Shown one piece after another: positions 50,601 to 63,061 of a stretch of DNA of 64,000 nt. Location of the stretch: positions 8,453,352-8,517,351 of the forward strand of contig MU053934.1 in the NCBI GenBank assembly GCA_013239625.1. Direction: 5' to 3'. Below the pieces are notes generated by a model that was not told the origin of the DNA, searched no databases, and was given only the letters and a program-made list of their open reading frames with translations. Positions within the stretch are counted from its first letter, which is position 1, and each line of letters begins with the position of its first letter. The translations under genes and the position numbers were made by a program. This DNA is from Lama guanicoe (Eukaryota).

Positions 50601-52845
50601 CCCATTCCCCGTTGGTCCCCCTTCCCAGGAAGCTGAGTCTGATCGCTGCTGCTACCGTGCTATGTGGGCCATGTGGGCCGCGGGGAAAATGCCCTGTTTG
50701 ATGCTCCACTACCCTGATCTCACCACCTGCATGCCGTGGGGGCATCACTGCACCTCCTGTAGCCCCATCAGCCATGACTGCGGAGCAGGAGGGCACCACC
50801 TACAATGAGAGGGTATCGGGCCTGCATGACCGTGTGTGCATCCTTCAGGCCTGTGCTTTGCTCTTAGAAAATGCTCATAATGTAATACCTGTGGTTGTGT
50901 TATTGTTACAATCATTAGCAAGATGTTCCTGGCTTTAAAAAAAAAATGCCAGGAGATCTAGTACACGTGTAAGATATGGACTGATTTTTTTTATCCTGAG
51001 CCTCCTAGCAACAAAAGTGAAGAGGGAAAGATCACTCACTAGATTCAAAGATGAAAACACAGCTTTTGCTGGTAATGAAACCAAGGGACGAGCCTTTTGG
51101 GAGCCCCCATAAAGGATTCCCCATGTGATGTGTGAGCAGCCTCCTCAGTGCTCCTGGGGTCTGGCTTGATCCAAGGACCTGTGTCTGGGGCAGGACCTTC
51201 AGGCTCTCCTAACCGCAGGGGAGAGGGAGGGGGTGTCCTCAGGTTTTCTGCAAGGGGAACCCAGTGAGGCCCATAACCTTGAGATGTCTGAAGTTTCATG
51301 TGTTATCTTCAAAATCCACGAGGATTTCCCCTCAGTCTATAGTTGAACCGTGTGTATTTAACTACAAAAATCACGTTTTCCCTCCTCCACTCCATACGTT
51401 TGGGTACCACAGATGCTCCATACAGATGGGCCACGGTCATTCCTCAGCTTTGCCTTAACATGGGGTCCCAGCCCTTTTAGAGAAGCTCATGGCAGCCACA
51501 TCCCTCGCCCCAACAAAAGACACACTCATGGTTAGGTAAGTGGAAGACAGCCTAAAGCAATTACGCAGACGATTTCAGGGTTTCACAGATCCTAAAAAAC
51601 TCCAGGGACTCCAGGACCCTGGCTGGACAGGCTCCAACCTGGATGATGGGGGAACTGCACATCTTCTGGACCAAGCTCATGAATATTATTTCTCCCAGCT
51701 GGGCTTTTGTTAGATGTGGAGCAGTAAAAAGCTCAAATTTATCTTGAAGTTGTTTATTCTGCACAGAGCCAGATGTCTTCCTTGTGACCCAGACAGGAGC
51801 GGGCTGAGTACCTAACACTCTCCTACACCAGGCACTTGAGTCGGTGGGGACTTTTACACTGATTACGGAACAGCAAGGAAGTGGGACTGGCGACTGCTGA
51901 GACTGCGTACGACGCTCCCTTCTCCCGGGTCCCGTCCCCTTTTACACCTGGGTAGGTGCCCAGGAGGCTGGTACCTGATTTTTATAGCATCTTGTTCTAG
52001 TCATGTTTTCTTTTGTCTTTGATTATGTTAAGCAAATTCATTTTACAGCCTCTTTCTAAAAGTTTCTTGCCTGAAGTTCTAGGATTTTCATCCTGACATT
52101 TGAAACGTTTGCTCTCCTTCCCTCATGGTGGCCTGTTTCCTTGCGTATTGTATAATTTGAGATCATGAGTTTATTTCCAGCCAGGCTTTTATCTGTGGGA
52201 ACCCCAGGAGGCCTGGCTTGTGCACCTGCTTCTCCAGAGCATCTTTAGAATTACTCTGCCTGGCAGCCTAGGGTTGTCACAGCGTAGGGCCACTTTTATG
52301 TTAATTGCTTTAGTCTCTCTCAACTTACCTAACTTAACTCCCCGTCCCCCAGGGCAGGTGCATGGCTACAGATTCTCAGGAGACATGCAAGCTTTTTCCT
52401 ACCTCGAGTTCTGGTGGGCAGAGGCAAGTTTTTTTGTCATCTCTCTTTGACAGTGGGCATATCTCGGCTACCCATTCATTAGGGGTACAGCCCCTCCAGC
52501 CCCTGGCTTTCTGGGCAGAGCTCAGTTGCATCTCCCATCGTCCTGCTTACTCAGTGTCTCATCTCCCGACTGCTGGTTTTAACCTCTCTCTGTCTCAACA
52601 CCCCTCTCCCGACCCCACAAGCCTGCCCCACACTCATTCAACATCTGGGTTCTCAGTTCACCATGTTTTCCTGTGACTTAACTGTTAATACTGCTCAGCA
52701 TGCAACTTAGTAGAGTGTAACTGTTAAGAATACAGACTCTGGAGCCAGACTGCCTGAGCTTGAATCCCAGCTCCACCAACATGGGCTGCACTCAGTTTCC
52801 TCATCTGTGAAATGGGAAGTTGGGGTTGCTGCAAGTGCTAGAGGG

Positions 52846-53294
52846 TGTTGATGGAAAACAACAAAACACCTATTATTTTACCAGCAAAAATGGGTTTATT
52901 CAGGAACAGCAAAGAATTACAATTAAGGACACGCAGTGTATGCGGAACCACAGGCAAGTCCTGGGTACCATTCTTTTATAAGCAAGAAGGGGAGTTGGAA
53001 GGGGCTGTTATAAACAAAGTGTCCACTAGAGAAAGCTGGGAGTTAAAAGTGTAGTGGCTTTTCATTGGCTGAGTTGTAACAGTTTCTCATTGGCTGGGCT
53101 GTTACCAGGCAAGGGGACGTTCTTCCTCCCTCCTGCTGGGTAGTAAAGTAGTCACCTTCTTCCTGTTGGAGTCCCAAAGGTACATCTCTTCCTGCCGGGT
53201 CTGCAGTTGATGGGGGAGTGGTCGGGCGTGAGAGCTCCCTCTTCTGGTCTCCTGACTCCATTTTAAATGAGGTTTCTGTTTATTCATTTTCTCA
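52846..53294 (-). mobile_element. Complete ERV1 solo LTR (MER89-like)
   Basis: TG...CA termini, 4-bp TSD AGGG (52842-52845 and 53295-53298); minus-strand CCAAT x2, TATAAAA and AATAAA in LTR order. Confidence 0.8.
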
Positions 53295-53490
53295 AGGGCT
53301 TGATGTGTGAATATCGCTCCATATTGAATTATTGCCTATTGCAAGCATTATAAAAGTTAGTATTAAATATCATATAGACATAGTAATAAGATTATCTTAA
53401 TGATGATATTAATATTGTCATTCTGGTCCCTGGTGATTTTCCTCTTTCTTACAAGCTCAGTGATGCATTTAGAAGATGCTTGTAATTTTT

Positions 53491-53629
53491 TTTCCTTTTT
53501 AGGGGGAAGATAATTAGGTTTATTATTTTTATTCATTTACTTATTTATTTATGGGGGCACTGGGGATTGAACCCAGGACCTTGTGTATGCTAAGCAGGCA
53601 CTCTACCCCTGAGCTATAACCTCCCCTCT
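53491..53629 (-). mobile_element. tRNA-Ala-derived SINE (Vic-1 type)
   Basis: Reverse complement of the 2690 element (GGGGATTGAACCCAGGACC...CTCTACCCCTGAGCTATA), with TSD ATG(C/T)TTGTAATTTTT at 53476 and 53630. Confidence 0.85.
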
Positions 53630-54159
53630 ATGTTTGTAATTTTTTTATCTCGCATTTCTAGGAGATACGTAAGAAAAAGCTTTCAGGTTGTGTAGTGATC
53701 TAAATTGTCCAACCTCTTGACCTGTAAGTGGTTAAAGCAGAATAATAATAATGCTCCCTGTGTATTACTGCTTCTCACAAGCACATTCAGAGCCTGTATG
53801 TAGCTCATCTCTAACTCTCCCACTAAATTGCAGGCCATCTTTGGAGTCTGGTGGAATCCAGCTCAGCCACATACCTACTGGCTTCGTGACACATCTTGCC
53901 ATCTGTGCACATGCTCCATCCCTTATCTGGCTGACACCCTCAGGGCCAGATGTGACTTTGGAATTCCTATTATTTTCAATGATAAGGCAATCTGTGGCAA
54001 CTCTTGGGGAGGGATCAGGGTGGCATCCTGGGGACAGTTTTTACACAAGATCGCCACTAAGTGGGGTGGACAGAGACTGAATAGCCTCACTTTTTCTGGT
54101 CACATCAGATTTTGTAGCCAAACGAGCCCTGTAAATTCTGCATTTTCAGAGCTCTTTGC

Positions 54160-54540
54160 ATTTCCAGATTGCACACGGGGTCGCCCAGTGGGGGCGGGAG
54201 ATTGGATGTGACTCCCACGCCAACAAGAACAAGTGGGGATTTACAGCCAAGGAGCAGGCGGGGGCCAGTGGATGGGAAAGCAGGAAGAGGAGCCATCTGG
54301 GGAACGGGGATCCTTGCTGACTTGGTCACTCAACCGAACTCTTACTGAAGGCTGGCTGGGCGATAAGGTACCAGGGTGGTCAGATGCCAGGGCTAGGGGA
54401 CTTTCCTAAACCAACTTGGCAGGATTCTTGCTCAAAGTGGATTCTATAAGGACAGAGAGGGAAGCTCACGCTCAGGCCTCAACCAGCCGAGAGCTCCGAG
54501 GAGGCTGATTCAGGTTAGGTCAAGAAGAAAGTCGTTGTCA
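54160..54540 (-). mobile_element. MER31-like ERV1 LTR
   Basis: GAACAAGTGGGGATTTACAGCCAAGGAGCAGG...GCAGGATTCTTGCT...GGTCAAGAAGAAAGTCGTTGTCA. Confidence 0.6.
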
Positions 54541-56514
54541 GTGTCCACTGGGCATGGTCCTCGGGGAACACCTGATGGAGGAGGCAGGCCCAGTCCTGAG
54601 ACCCCAACACAGGGCAGAGGGAGGGCAGCCTGGGGGTTGCTGGCTGAGCTGGGTCGAGGGGAGAAGGGACCACATCGCCGAGGTGGGGACCCAGGGCCCA
54701 GGGGAAGCTGGAGGACCTGGCATGCAGAGCAGGAGGCCAGCTGGTAAAAATGGCTGAGGCCGATGAGCACCTACTACGTGCCAAGCCCACCTGAAGCAGT
54801 TGGCGTCTCTGAGTACAGCCTGGGGGTCGCCCAGGGGGAAGGTGTTATTCTGATTCTCATTTTACAGGTGAGGAAACTGAGGTGCAGTTAAACAGAAGTC
54901 ATCAGCCCAAAGTGGTCAGCTATTACCCGGTGAAGCCACCCCCCAAACCCAGCCCACACACTGAATCACGACTGTCTGCTGCCTTTTACTATCATTACCA
55001 TCACCAAGAGAGACTAGCTGGAGGGGAGGGAGGAAGGGGGTCCCGGGCAGAGGCCGGCTGAAGGCCTGGAGGTGGGAAGCCGGCGGAAAGGCTGGAGAAC
55101 AGTGGTGGCTGTGTCCCCAGGGAGGAACTGAGGCGTGCTCAGACTGCAGAGGTCTTGGACACCACGCTGGAAATTTGGAGCTCATCCTGCATGGCAAGGG
55201 CCTCGGCTGGAGCAGGTCACAGCTGGGTGGCAGAGTGAGTGTGTTGGCCGCAGGTAGGCTGGCAGGCCAAGAGGCTGGGTCTGGGGAAGGGGAGGTGGTG
55301 GAGAAGTCTGGAGCCTGCAGGGACCCTGGGGTGCAGAGGTGGGCAGGCTTGGGAACAGGGCAGAGCATGCCCTGGCTGGCTCAGCAGGAGCTAGGGGACA
55401 TCACGGGAGCGCTATCTGCCCAGGCTTCAGATTGAGGTCGGGGGGTGGTCCCAGCCTCCTCCAGGAGCCTGCCTGGATTCAGTCCACAGCCCACCACAGA
55501 GGAAGGCAGGAACTGGAATGGGAACCCAGCATCCATCCTGGCCCTGCCCCTCATCAGCCTGTGACCTGGCAGGTGCCATCAGCATCTGGGGCCTCAGTGT
55601 CCACCTGCGATGGGGGACAGGTCTGCCTGGCTGTGGGCCAGGCTGGCCGGGGCAAGCCCTCAGTAAGAGGTACCTCTCGCCCCCAGGAGATAGGAACCCC
55701 CCCAACCCTTCCAGCGACTCCCAGCAGCAGTTTCTCCTGCATTAAATCCACCCCTTCATGGTCTGTGAACTGCGTCCTTGCAGAAGCGGGAGGGTGGTGG
55801 GTGGAGCTGTGTCCTGGGTGGATGCCCCTCCTCCGGGAGCGGAGCCTTAGACTTGGCAGAGACCCAGCATCACCTCCTCACTGGGCTCTTTGGGTTTTAT
55901 TTACAAAGTCAAGAACACAGGTCCCCACCTGGAACTAGCCATTTGTGCCTCAGGGGGCCGTTCAGAAGGCAAGGCACTGCCAAAGCCCCCACGTCCACCA
56001 GCCTGGCCCATTACCCCAGGCCCCCCCTCCCGGGGCCTTTCATTATCAGTGTGAGGTCTCATGTCCCGAGTGGTACTTGTTCTTTCCAAGGATTCTTCCA
56101 AGAAAAGGCTGCTGGCCAAGAAAGTGCCTGGGGAGGAGTCGAGCCGGGTGTCAAGCCCAGTCCGTCTAGCTCTGCCCTGTGTGGCCGCAGCCCGCCTGTC
56201 TGCGCAGCGGGGATGGTCGTGGGGCCGCCTCCCAGGGCCGCTGCAGAGATGCAGGTCAGGAAATGCAGCTGGGGCACCCGGCACTGTCCGTGTTTCAGGG
56301 GCCACACCCGTGATGCCTTTGGCCGACATTACTGCTCACCTCCCCGCCTCCTGGAGTTCATGTTCCTGTTAAAGAAATTGGGAGTAGGGGTGGACGTGTC
56401 TCCAGCTTACTGAGCATTGGGGCCCGACCTTTCCACACTAGGACATGGAATTTCATGGACCTGGAGGTCAAAGCCAGGGTCTGGGGGAGTGCAGCCCTGC
56501 TTGGGGAAAGGTGA

Positions 56515-56910
56515 TGTACTGCTGTCTTAGGGCTGCCCTAACCAATGACCACAAACTAGGGTGGCTTAAAACAGAAACTGTGGAGGCTAGAAGTCTGAAG
56601 TCAGGGTCTCAGCAGGTCCGGAGTCCTTCCTCATCTCTTCCAGCTTCTGCTGGCTGTCCCGAGTCCCTGGGCTCACAGCTGCATCTCTCTTGTTTCTTCC
56701 TCTGCCTCCACGTTGCTGTCTTCCTCTGTGTCTCTGTATCTGTGTCTTCTCATAAGGACCTCCATCCCTGGATGCAGGGCCCACCCCACTCCAGGGTGAC
56801 CTTATCTCAACTCAGTCATGTCTGCAAAGACCTACACCAAATAAGGCCACATTCACAGGCACTGGGGGTTAGGGCTCCGGCAGGGCTTTTGGGGGTCAGC
56901 CCTACCCCCG
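56515..56910 (-). mobile_element. MLT1-type MaLR LTR
   Basis: TAGGGCTGCCCTAACCAATGACCACAAACTAGGGTGGCTTAAAACAGAAA...TCTGCAAAGACCT...CCAAATAAGGCCACATTCACAGGCACTGGGGGTTAGG. Confidence 0.8.
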
Positions 56911-58735
56911 ACAGGTGAGCGGTCTGGGTACCCCAGGACTCAGCCCAGCAGGCGGATTGCTTTTTCTGTCTCCAACTTGATCGTGTGGGGCTGGACAGGG
57001 CAGGGGTGGTGTTCGGACAGGAGGCTGGGAGGGACAGACACCTTGGTGGCGGTGGCCCCACTGTGCCAAGGTTGCCTCTACTCGTGACTTTGATTAAATG
57101 AAGGAAGCAATGGCTCCTGTTTACTCAAGGGCCTGCTCTGCGCTGGGTCCTGGGCTGGCACACGCGTCCTCATTCGTGTAGGAGGTTGCTGAGGGCACAC
57201 ACAGACACTGAAGCTGATTGGTTTGAATCCCGGCCAGGCCGTGTGACCTTGGCCCAGTCACTTTTCCCGGGGCCCTCGCAAGCTCCTTGTGGAAGCTTAG
57301 AAGTGGAGAGGTGGATGTGGTGTGGTGGCCAGATCATAGTCAGGACTCCACGAGCATCAGCTGTGACCTCTACCCGCATTTCATCCTCACACTCTTGCTG
57401 GGAGGCACATTGTACAGAGGAGACTGGGGCTCGGGGGCTGAGGGGCTGGCAGGGGAGGCGGCCGAGCGGGGAGCAGCCTCAGTCTGGAGCCTGGAATCCC
57501 GGCTGGGCCACGCTCCTGCTCTACACCCCTCATTGCGCCACCCAGCAACTATTTATAAACCAGGCAGCGTTATACAACGGCCGCCCGGGAAGGGCCTCGA
57601 GAACTGGCTGTTCACAACCTTGTTTTCAGATGGGAAACTGAGGCTGGGGAAGAAGGTCTCTTGGACGCATTTGTGGGATCTCAGAAAAGGGGCCTCTGCT
57701 GATCAGAACCCCTGACCCACCTCTAGAACTGGGAACCCTCCCAGAACTGAGAGGGGGAATGTTCTGAGAGCAGAGGGCGGGGACCACCAGGGGAAGGGCC
57801 CTGGTGGCAGCGGGCAGAGCGGGGGTTCAGCTGGCAAAGAGACATGGGGGGAACATGAAGATGTTAGGACATGCTGGCTGGCAGAGCCGGGGTGGGACAG
57901 AGGGCTCACCCCATGACAGCAGAGACCCTGTCTTTCTTGCCCTGCTGTATTCCCAACACCCAGAACAGTGCCAGGCATACAGTAGGTGCTCAGTGAATAT
58001 GTCTCCGGGGTTTATTAAAACACCAGGGAGGCGGACTGCCCCCCACCAGCAGGTGCAGCATCCCTGAGCCCGCACTTTCTGGCTGACAGCTTGAGCCAGC
58101 CACTGCACCCCCTCAGCCTCACTTCCTCCATCTGTGAAAGAAGGGCAGTCATAGTCGGTCCTGGCTCTGAAGCCACTGGAAGGGACATTTCCTCTGGAGC
58201 ACTCTGAGGGCAGGACCCACCCACCTTTGAGGTTGTTGCCCCGACCCCAGCCTGGCACGGGGGAGCCTCTGTGAAGTGCGCCCATTCATGAAATACAACA
58301 CACATGGCTTCTGATGGGCCCGACGCCCATCCAGCCTGGGATGATGACAGGTTGTCCAGCCTTGGGACAGTCACTGAGATCCAGCACATTGCAAAGCCTT
58401 CAGAGATGACCAGCCTAATCACAGCTGGTGCTGGAGTCACCGTGGGTAACGCGGGCTCACCCAGCGTCGCAGCTGTGACTCGGGAATCTCTCTGCGCTGT
58501 GACTGTAACCGCTAGCGGCGACCAAGCCCTGGCGTGCACCCCATGACTCCCCATCGTGGGGCAGGTGTGTCCCCATCCCTGTCCATCCCAGAGAAGGGAA
58601 GGATGAGCTGGGCACAGGGAGCCATGGGGGGAGTGCCCCTGGATGTCCAGGCCCCCAGGGTGCAGAGCCACTGCCCCAGGGGTTCCCCAGCATGCAGGGG
58701 GAACTTTCCAAGTCAGCTTTAGGGAGCACCAGCCT

Positions 58736-58754
58736 TCGCCACCAGGGGGCAGAA
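58736..58754 (+). promoter_or_regulatory. CTCF binding motif
   Basis: TCGCCACCAGGGGGCAGAA matches the core CCASYAGRKGGCR. Confidence 0.6.
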
Positions 58755-60989
58755 GTGCCCCTCAGAGCGGGCAGTGCCCAGGGTGGGCAGGGTGCAGCCG
58801 GCTGAGGTCAGCGCCAGCCAGAGTGATGGTGCTGGCGGCTGCCTCTTCCTGCTCGGCAGGCCTGGCTCCAGCTTCCGCTCCGCCCTTTGCTGACTCTGAC
58901 TTTGAGCCTGTGTTTGGCCTCCCCAGGCCTCAGTTTCTCTGTCTATAACCCCCATCTGGCAACCTGTAAGGACTGGATGAGGCAGTGTGACTGACGCAGC
59001 CCTGCCCCTGCCGCACCCTGGGCCCCCTTCCCACCCAGCCCCGTTGGGGTGGGCTGCCCCCCCCTTTTGGGGGACACACGGGGACGCGCCGCTGTTGCTG
59101 AGCTCCTGTACGCACCCCGGTGGACGGGAGTCTGGAGGCCTGGGTTCCAGAGCTGCACAGACTTACTGCAGTCCAGTCTCCGGGCGTCAGGCTATCCATC
59201 TGTTAAGTGAGGGGCCGAGCCAGGCTCAGGGCTTTGCAAACCCCAGGAAGTCACGAGAGTCCCCTGAGATTTAGCGACCCCCCCCAGGCCCCACCCCCAA
59301 AGATCCTGATAGGGTTCCCAGCAGGGACTGGGAAGCAGCATTTTGAACCAGCCCCAAGGTGTTTTCAATGCAAAGTCCCAGTGCCTTGAGCCCATCCACA
59401 GTTGCTGGGCCCATCCTGAAGGTCATTGCCAGTCCTAGCGCTGCGCCCACGAGGACAAAACCTCCAGCCCAGCCCGTCAGCACCGTCATACCTCAGGGAT
59501 CAAAGACACCTAGGTCACCGCCTCCCCTGTCACATCTACAGGGAGCATGTGGCGTCTAAAGGGCTTTATGGGTTCTCATTTCCCCGTCCATCCGTCTTAC
59601 AGATGGGCAAACTGAGGCCCCAGAAGTCACCTGACTTGATAGCAGGGCCAGTGGACCCCAGTTCTGGCCACCCAACTGAGGGCTCCCTCTCCCAAAATGA
59701 GGAAAAACCCTGGGGGTCCTCCGTAGTGACCAGGGTCTCACACCAGCTCCTGACATGCCGCTGGTGGTGGGGGCAGGGGTTGGAATGAAGTTTGGATCCT
59801 GAAGGAGGAGAGGACACGGGTGATGCCATCCGGGCTGGCGTGGTTCTTGGAGCAAGGTTACTCCAGCAGCTTGGAGGGTGCGTGAACGTGTACCTCTGCC
59901 TCCCATTCCCTTGAACGGGTGTTTTCCTTCCCTGAGTCCCACGCACAGATGAGCCCTGACCAGGACCCCTCTCTCCCAATACGGGGTTGCTCAATCCCTA
60001 ACCCCTTATCTGGCCTGGAAGACCCCATCAGTGAGTGGAGGACCAGGAGGGCACCTGCAGCCTTTGCCTGCCTGCGGGGGCAGCCACTCAGCCAGAGCTG
60101 TCACGTGGGGCCCCGGCCCCGGAGGCCCGGTCATCTGATGCTTCCCAGGAAGCCAGAAATCAGGGTTTCTGTGTCAATCTCTCCATTGTCAAACCTTGGC
60201 TGCACGCAGTTTGGGTTTTTTGTTTTTTCCCCCACACTGCGGGTTGTGCTGAACACATTTAGAGGCTGGACTTGGCCGTCGGCCACCCAGTTGCCCCTGC
60301 TCTGGGGGGCATAATGGTTTGTTTCCTGCTGGCCTCTGCTTCCGATTCCGGCCCTGGGGGCTGGCCACTCCCCTGGCTGTCAAGCACCCTCCCCACCCCG
60401 CATCCCTCTCGCCTGTCACCAGCCCAAACACGGGGCACAGCAACTTCAGCTGAGTCTCCAGTATACCCCCACATGGGCTGTTGGGTGTGGACCATGTAAC
60501 AGAGGTCGGCAGCTGGGGCCAGGAGGCGGTTACAGCTAATTCCTTAGTACTGACTATAGATGGTTTTGGAATCCCTCAGCCACCCCCACCTCCGGCATTT
60601 CTTGCTGGCCACTTCTCCCAGCCCCCTCTCCACCAGGACCCCCTCCCAGCTCCTCCTCTTCTCGCCTCCCCCAGCCTCCCACGGGGGGGCTGCCCTTACC
60701 ACTCCCCTCCCATTTTCGCTTGAATTTCTTATCCAAAGCAATCCAGCCTCCCTCTGCACCGACCCTCCTACCAGCTAGGCCTTGCTGGTGGCTGAGGTCT
60801 TCCCAATGGAGTCTGCGCAGCAAACAAAGCTTCCAGCTTGGGAAACCCTCCTTCACCCCCCCACCCCCACCCAGGGTCTGACCCGATCCCGGGGTTCTCT
60901 GCTGCATTCCCCACAAGGGGCAGTTTCAGGGATTCTGTCTCTGTCTAGTGGGGCACTTTTTACAGAGCATTTAATTTCTTCACTCCTGT

Positions 60990-61420
60990 GAGACATGTTT
61001 ATCCATCCATTTAACCAAATATTTAATGCTTGCCTACTGTGTGCTGGGCTCAGGAACATAGTGGTGAGCTAAGTACATTCCTGGCCCCCCTGACTTGTGC
61101 CATTGGATAGAAAAGTCACCAAATGACCAGAGGACAAGCAGTGAGCCTAACTCAGGGTGAAGCAGTCAGAAGAGGAAGCAGGAAGAGACAGGGAATGCTT
61201 CTGGGCTCAGAACAGTGGAACCCGCAGGACCTTCATGCACAGCTGCGCACGGGTGTGCCAAGGATCACTCTGGCCACCACGCAGAGGAGGGGCTTGCGGG
61301 TGACCTGTGTGGCCCCAGGGAGAGGGGGCAGGGAGTGTCTGTTATCCTGGCCTGGGGAGGTGATGGTGGAGGTGGAGAGTGCAGATAGGGTCCACAGATG
61401 TTTCTAAAGGACATAGGAAC
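60990..61420 (-). mobile_element. L2 LINE 3' remnant
   Basis: TTTATCCATCCATTTAACCAAATATTTAATGCTTGCCTACTGTGTGCTGGG...AAGGATCACTCTGGC. Confidence 0.6.
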
Positions 61421-62858
61421 CACCGGGGCCTTGACTGAGAGCTAACGCAAGTCTCAGCCTTGGGGAAGATGGGCTCTGGGGGAGTCAAAGATCTCTGCTC
61501 CCTGGATTTTGAGCCCAGGGTCAGGGAGTTTGCCGGGCATGACTCTGCCTCCTTAGGATGAGGTAGCGCCTGGCACGTGGCAGGTGCTCAGGAAGTGCTG
61601 GCTGAATTTCTCTGGGCAATGTCTCCTCCCCAGGCTCTCATACGCCTGACTGTGAGGCTCTCCTGGCTCACAGAAGCTCATTAACTGCTCGGCCTGGCCT
61701 TAGCAACCCTTTCTGCCTGGGTCACTTGGCAGAAACAACCCCGCCTGGAGGCTGAGCCAGGCCCCCTCCACCACCTCCTTGACTCTGAGGCCCAGATTCC
61801 TGTCTCGTATGGTTGACCGATGCCGCCAGACCAGCAAGCCCCACTCTCCCAGTAGGCAGTCGCTTTGGTTGTGCCCTTCAGGGGGGAAGCGTCTCATGCA
61901 CACACCCTGGTGTAGGTAGGGGACCCAGTGACCTCTGGGTCTCAGTCCGCTCTTCTGTATGATATGAAGGGGGCGCCACTGGGCACCCTTCCTGCTCTGA
62001 GGTTCTAGGATCAGCCCCTCCTCTCCCCGACTGATTCATTCCAGAAGCATTTATAGGGAGACCAGGGCTGGGGTTCTGGTGACGCCAGAACTTGCTCAGC
62101 ACAGGCATTGCTTCAGGAAAGGCCCAGAGGAGGACAGCAAGGGTGCCTTGCCCTGTCTGAGGGAGGGGGCAGGTGCAGGTGAGCCCCGTGGGAATCCCAG
62201 AAACTGGAGGGTCCTACCGTGCGCTCAGGAGGCTGGATTAGGCCCAGCTTTGTCGTTTGTGGATTGAGTGAGGTTGAACAAGTTGTTTCACCCACTCTGC
62301 CTCAGTTTCCTCAGCTGGAAAATTAAAACTGCGGAGGAGTGTGTGTCCATGTGGCGCCGGGGTCTTGAGAAATCTGTGTGGGCACAGTCTTTGTGGGGAG
62401 GGATGGAGAGGTGGGGGCGACTCCGTAAGCCTTTGCACCAGGGATCTGGGAGGGGGCAGGAAGCTGAGCACCGTGTGGGTGTGGCCGCAGGGGACGGCGC
62501 GGGGCCTGTGCTTGGGGTTGGATTGTGCATTGGTGCGTATTCGTTTCCTGTGGGCACGTGTGGCCCTCAGAAGAGGGCGACCCCAGGAGGACCAGCTCAA
62601 GGGGCGCTGAGCGGGCGGTGGCTACGGCCGCGGAGGCGCCGGCCACGCCCCCACTCAGTGCCCCGCCCAGCTTGGTCCCGCCTCTGCACACGCCCCCTTC
62701 CCTGAGGCCCCGCCTCTGCCCCGTAAACTCCGCCCCTGGGGCCGCCCCTGCTCCGCCCTGGGCCCTGGGCCCCGCCCCCTCCTGCCCGGGTTCCGTTTGC
62801 GCTGGGTCCGCGCTACCCGCCGCGGTACTGGCGCTCCAGGCTGCGGCCGCTCCGAGCA

Positions 62859-62969
62859 ATGATTAACCCCGCGGGGCGGCCGGCGCGGGGCCCGGGGCGG
62901 AGGCGGCGGGCTGGGGCGGGACCCCGGAGGACCGCTCGGCTTCCTGCTTTCGCCGAAGTTTCCTCGTAG
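62859..62969 (+). other. Candidate upstream ORF (36 aa, MINPAGRPARGPGRRRRAGAGPRRTARLPAFAEVSS) in the putative PRR5 5' UTR
   Basis: ATG at 62859 (G at -3), TAG at 62967-62969, out of frame with the main ATG. Relevant only if transcription starts upstream of 62859. Confidence 0.4.
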
Positions 62970-63061
62970 AGGGCGCAGCGCCCGCAGGGGCCCGCGGCGC
63001 GGCGTGGCGCAGGGCGCGGCGCCGGACGCGCGTGGGCGCCGAGTCGGCCGCCGGGGTCACC

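Noticed and set aside
58304..58546. 80-aa ATG-started ORF with fairly protein-like composition
   Set aside because: No recognisable homology, promoter or splice context.
59255..59300. Peptide FSDPP resembling a PRR5 C-terminal segment
   Set aside because: Five-residue match only, upstream of the gene; chance.
1..62500. Several hundred 60-250 aa ORFs in the six-frame track
   Set aside because: Pro/Gly/Arg/Ser-rich, overlapping on both strands, often GTG/TTG-started, with no recognisable domains; expected from stop-codon scarcity in GC-rich mammalian DNA.
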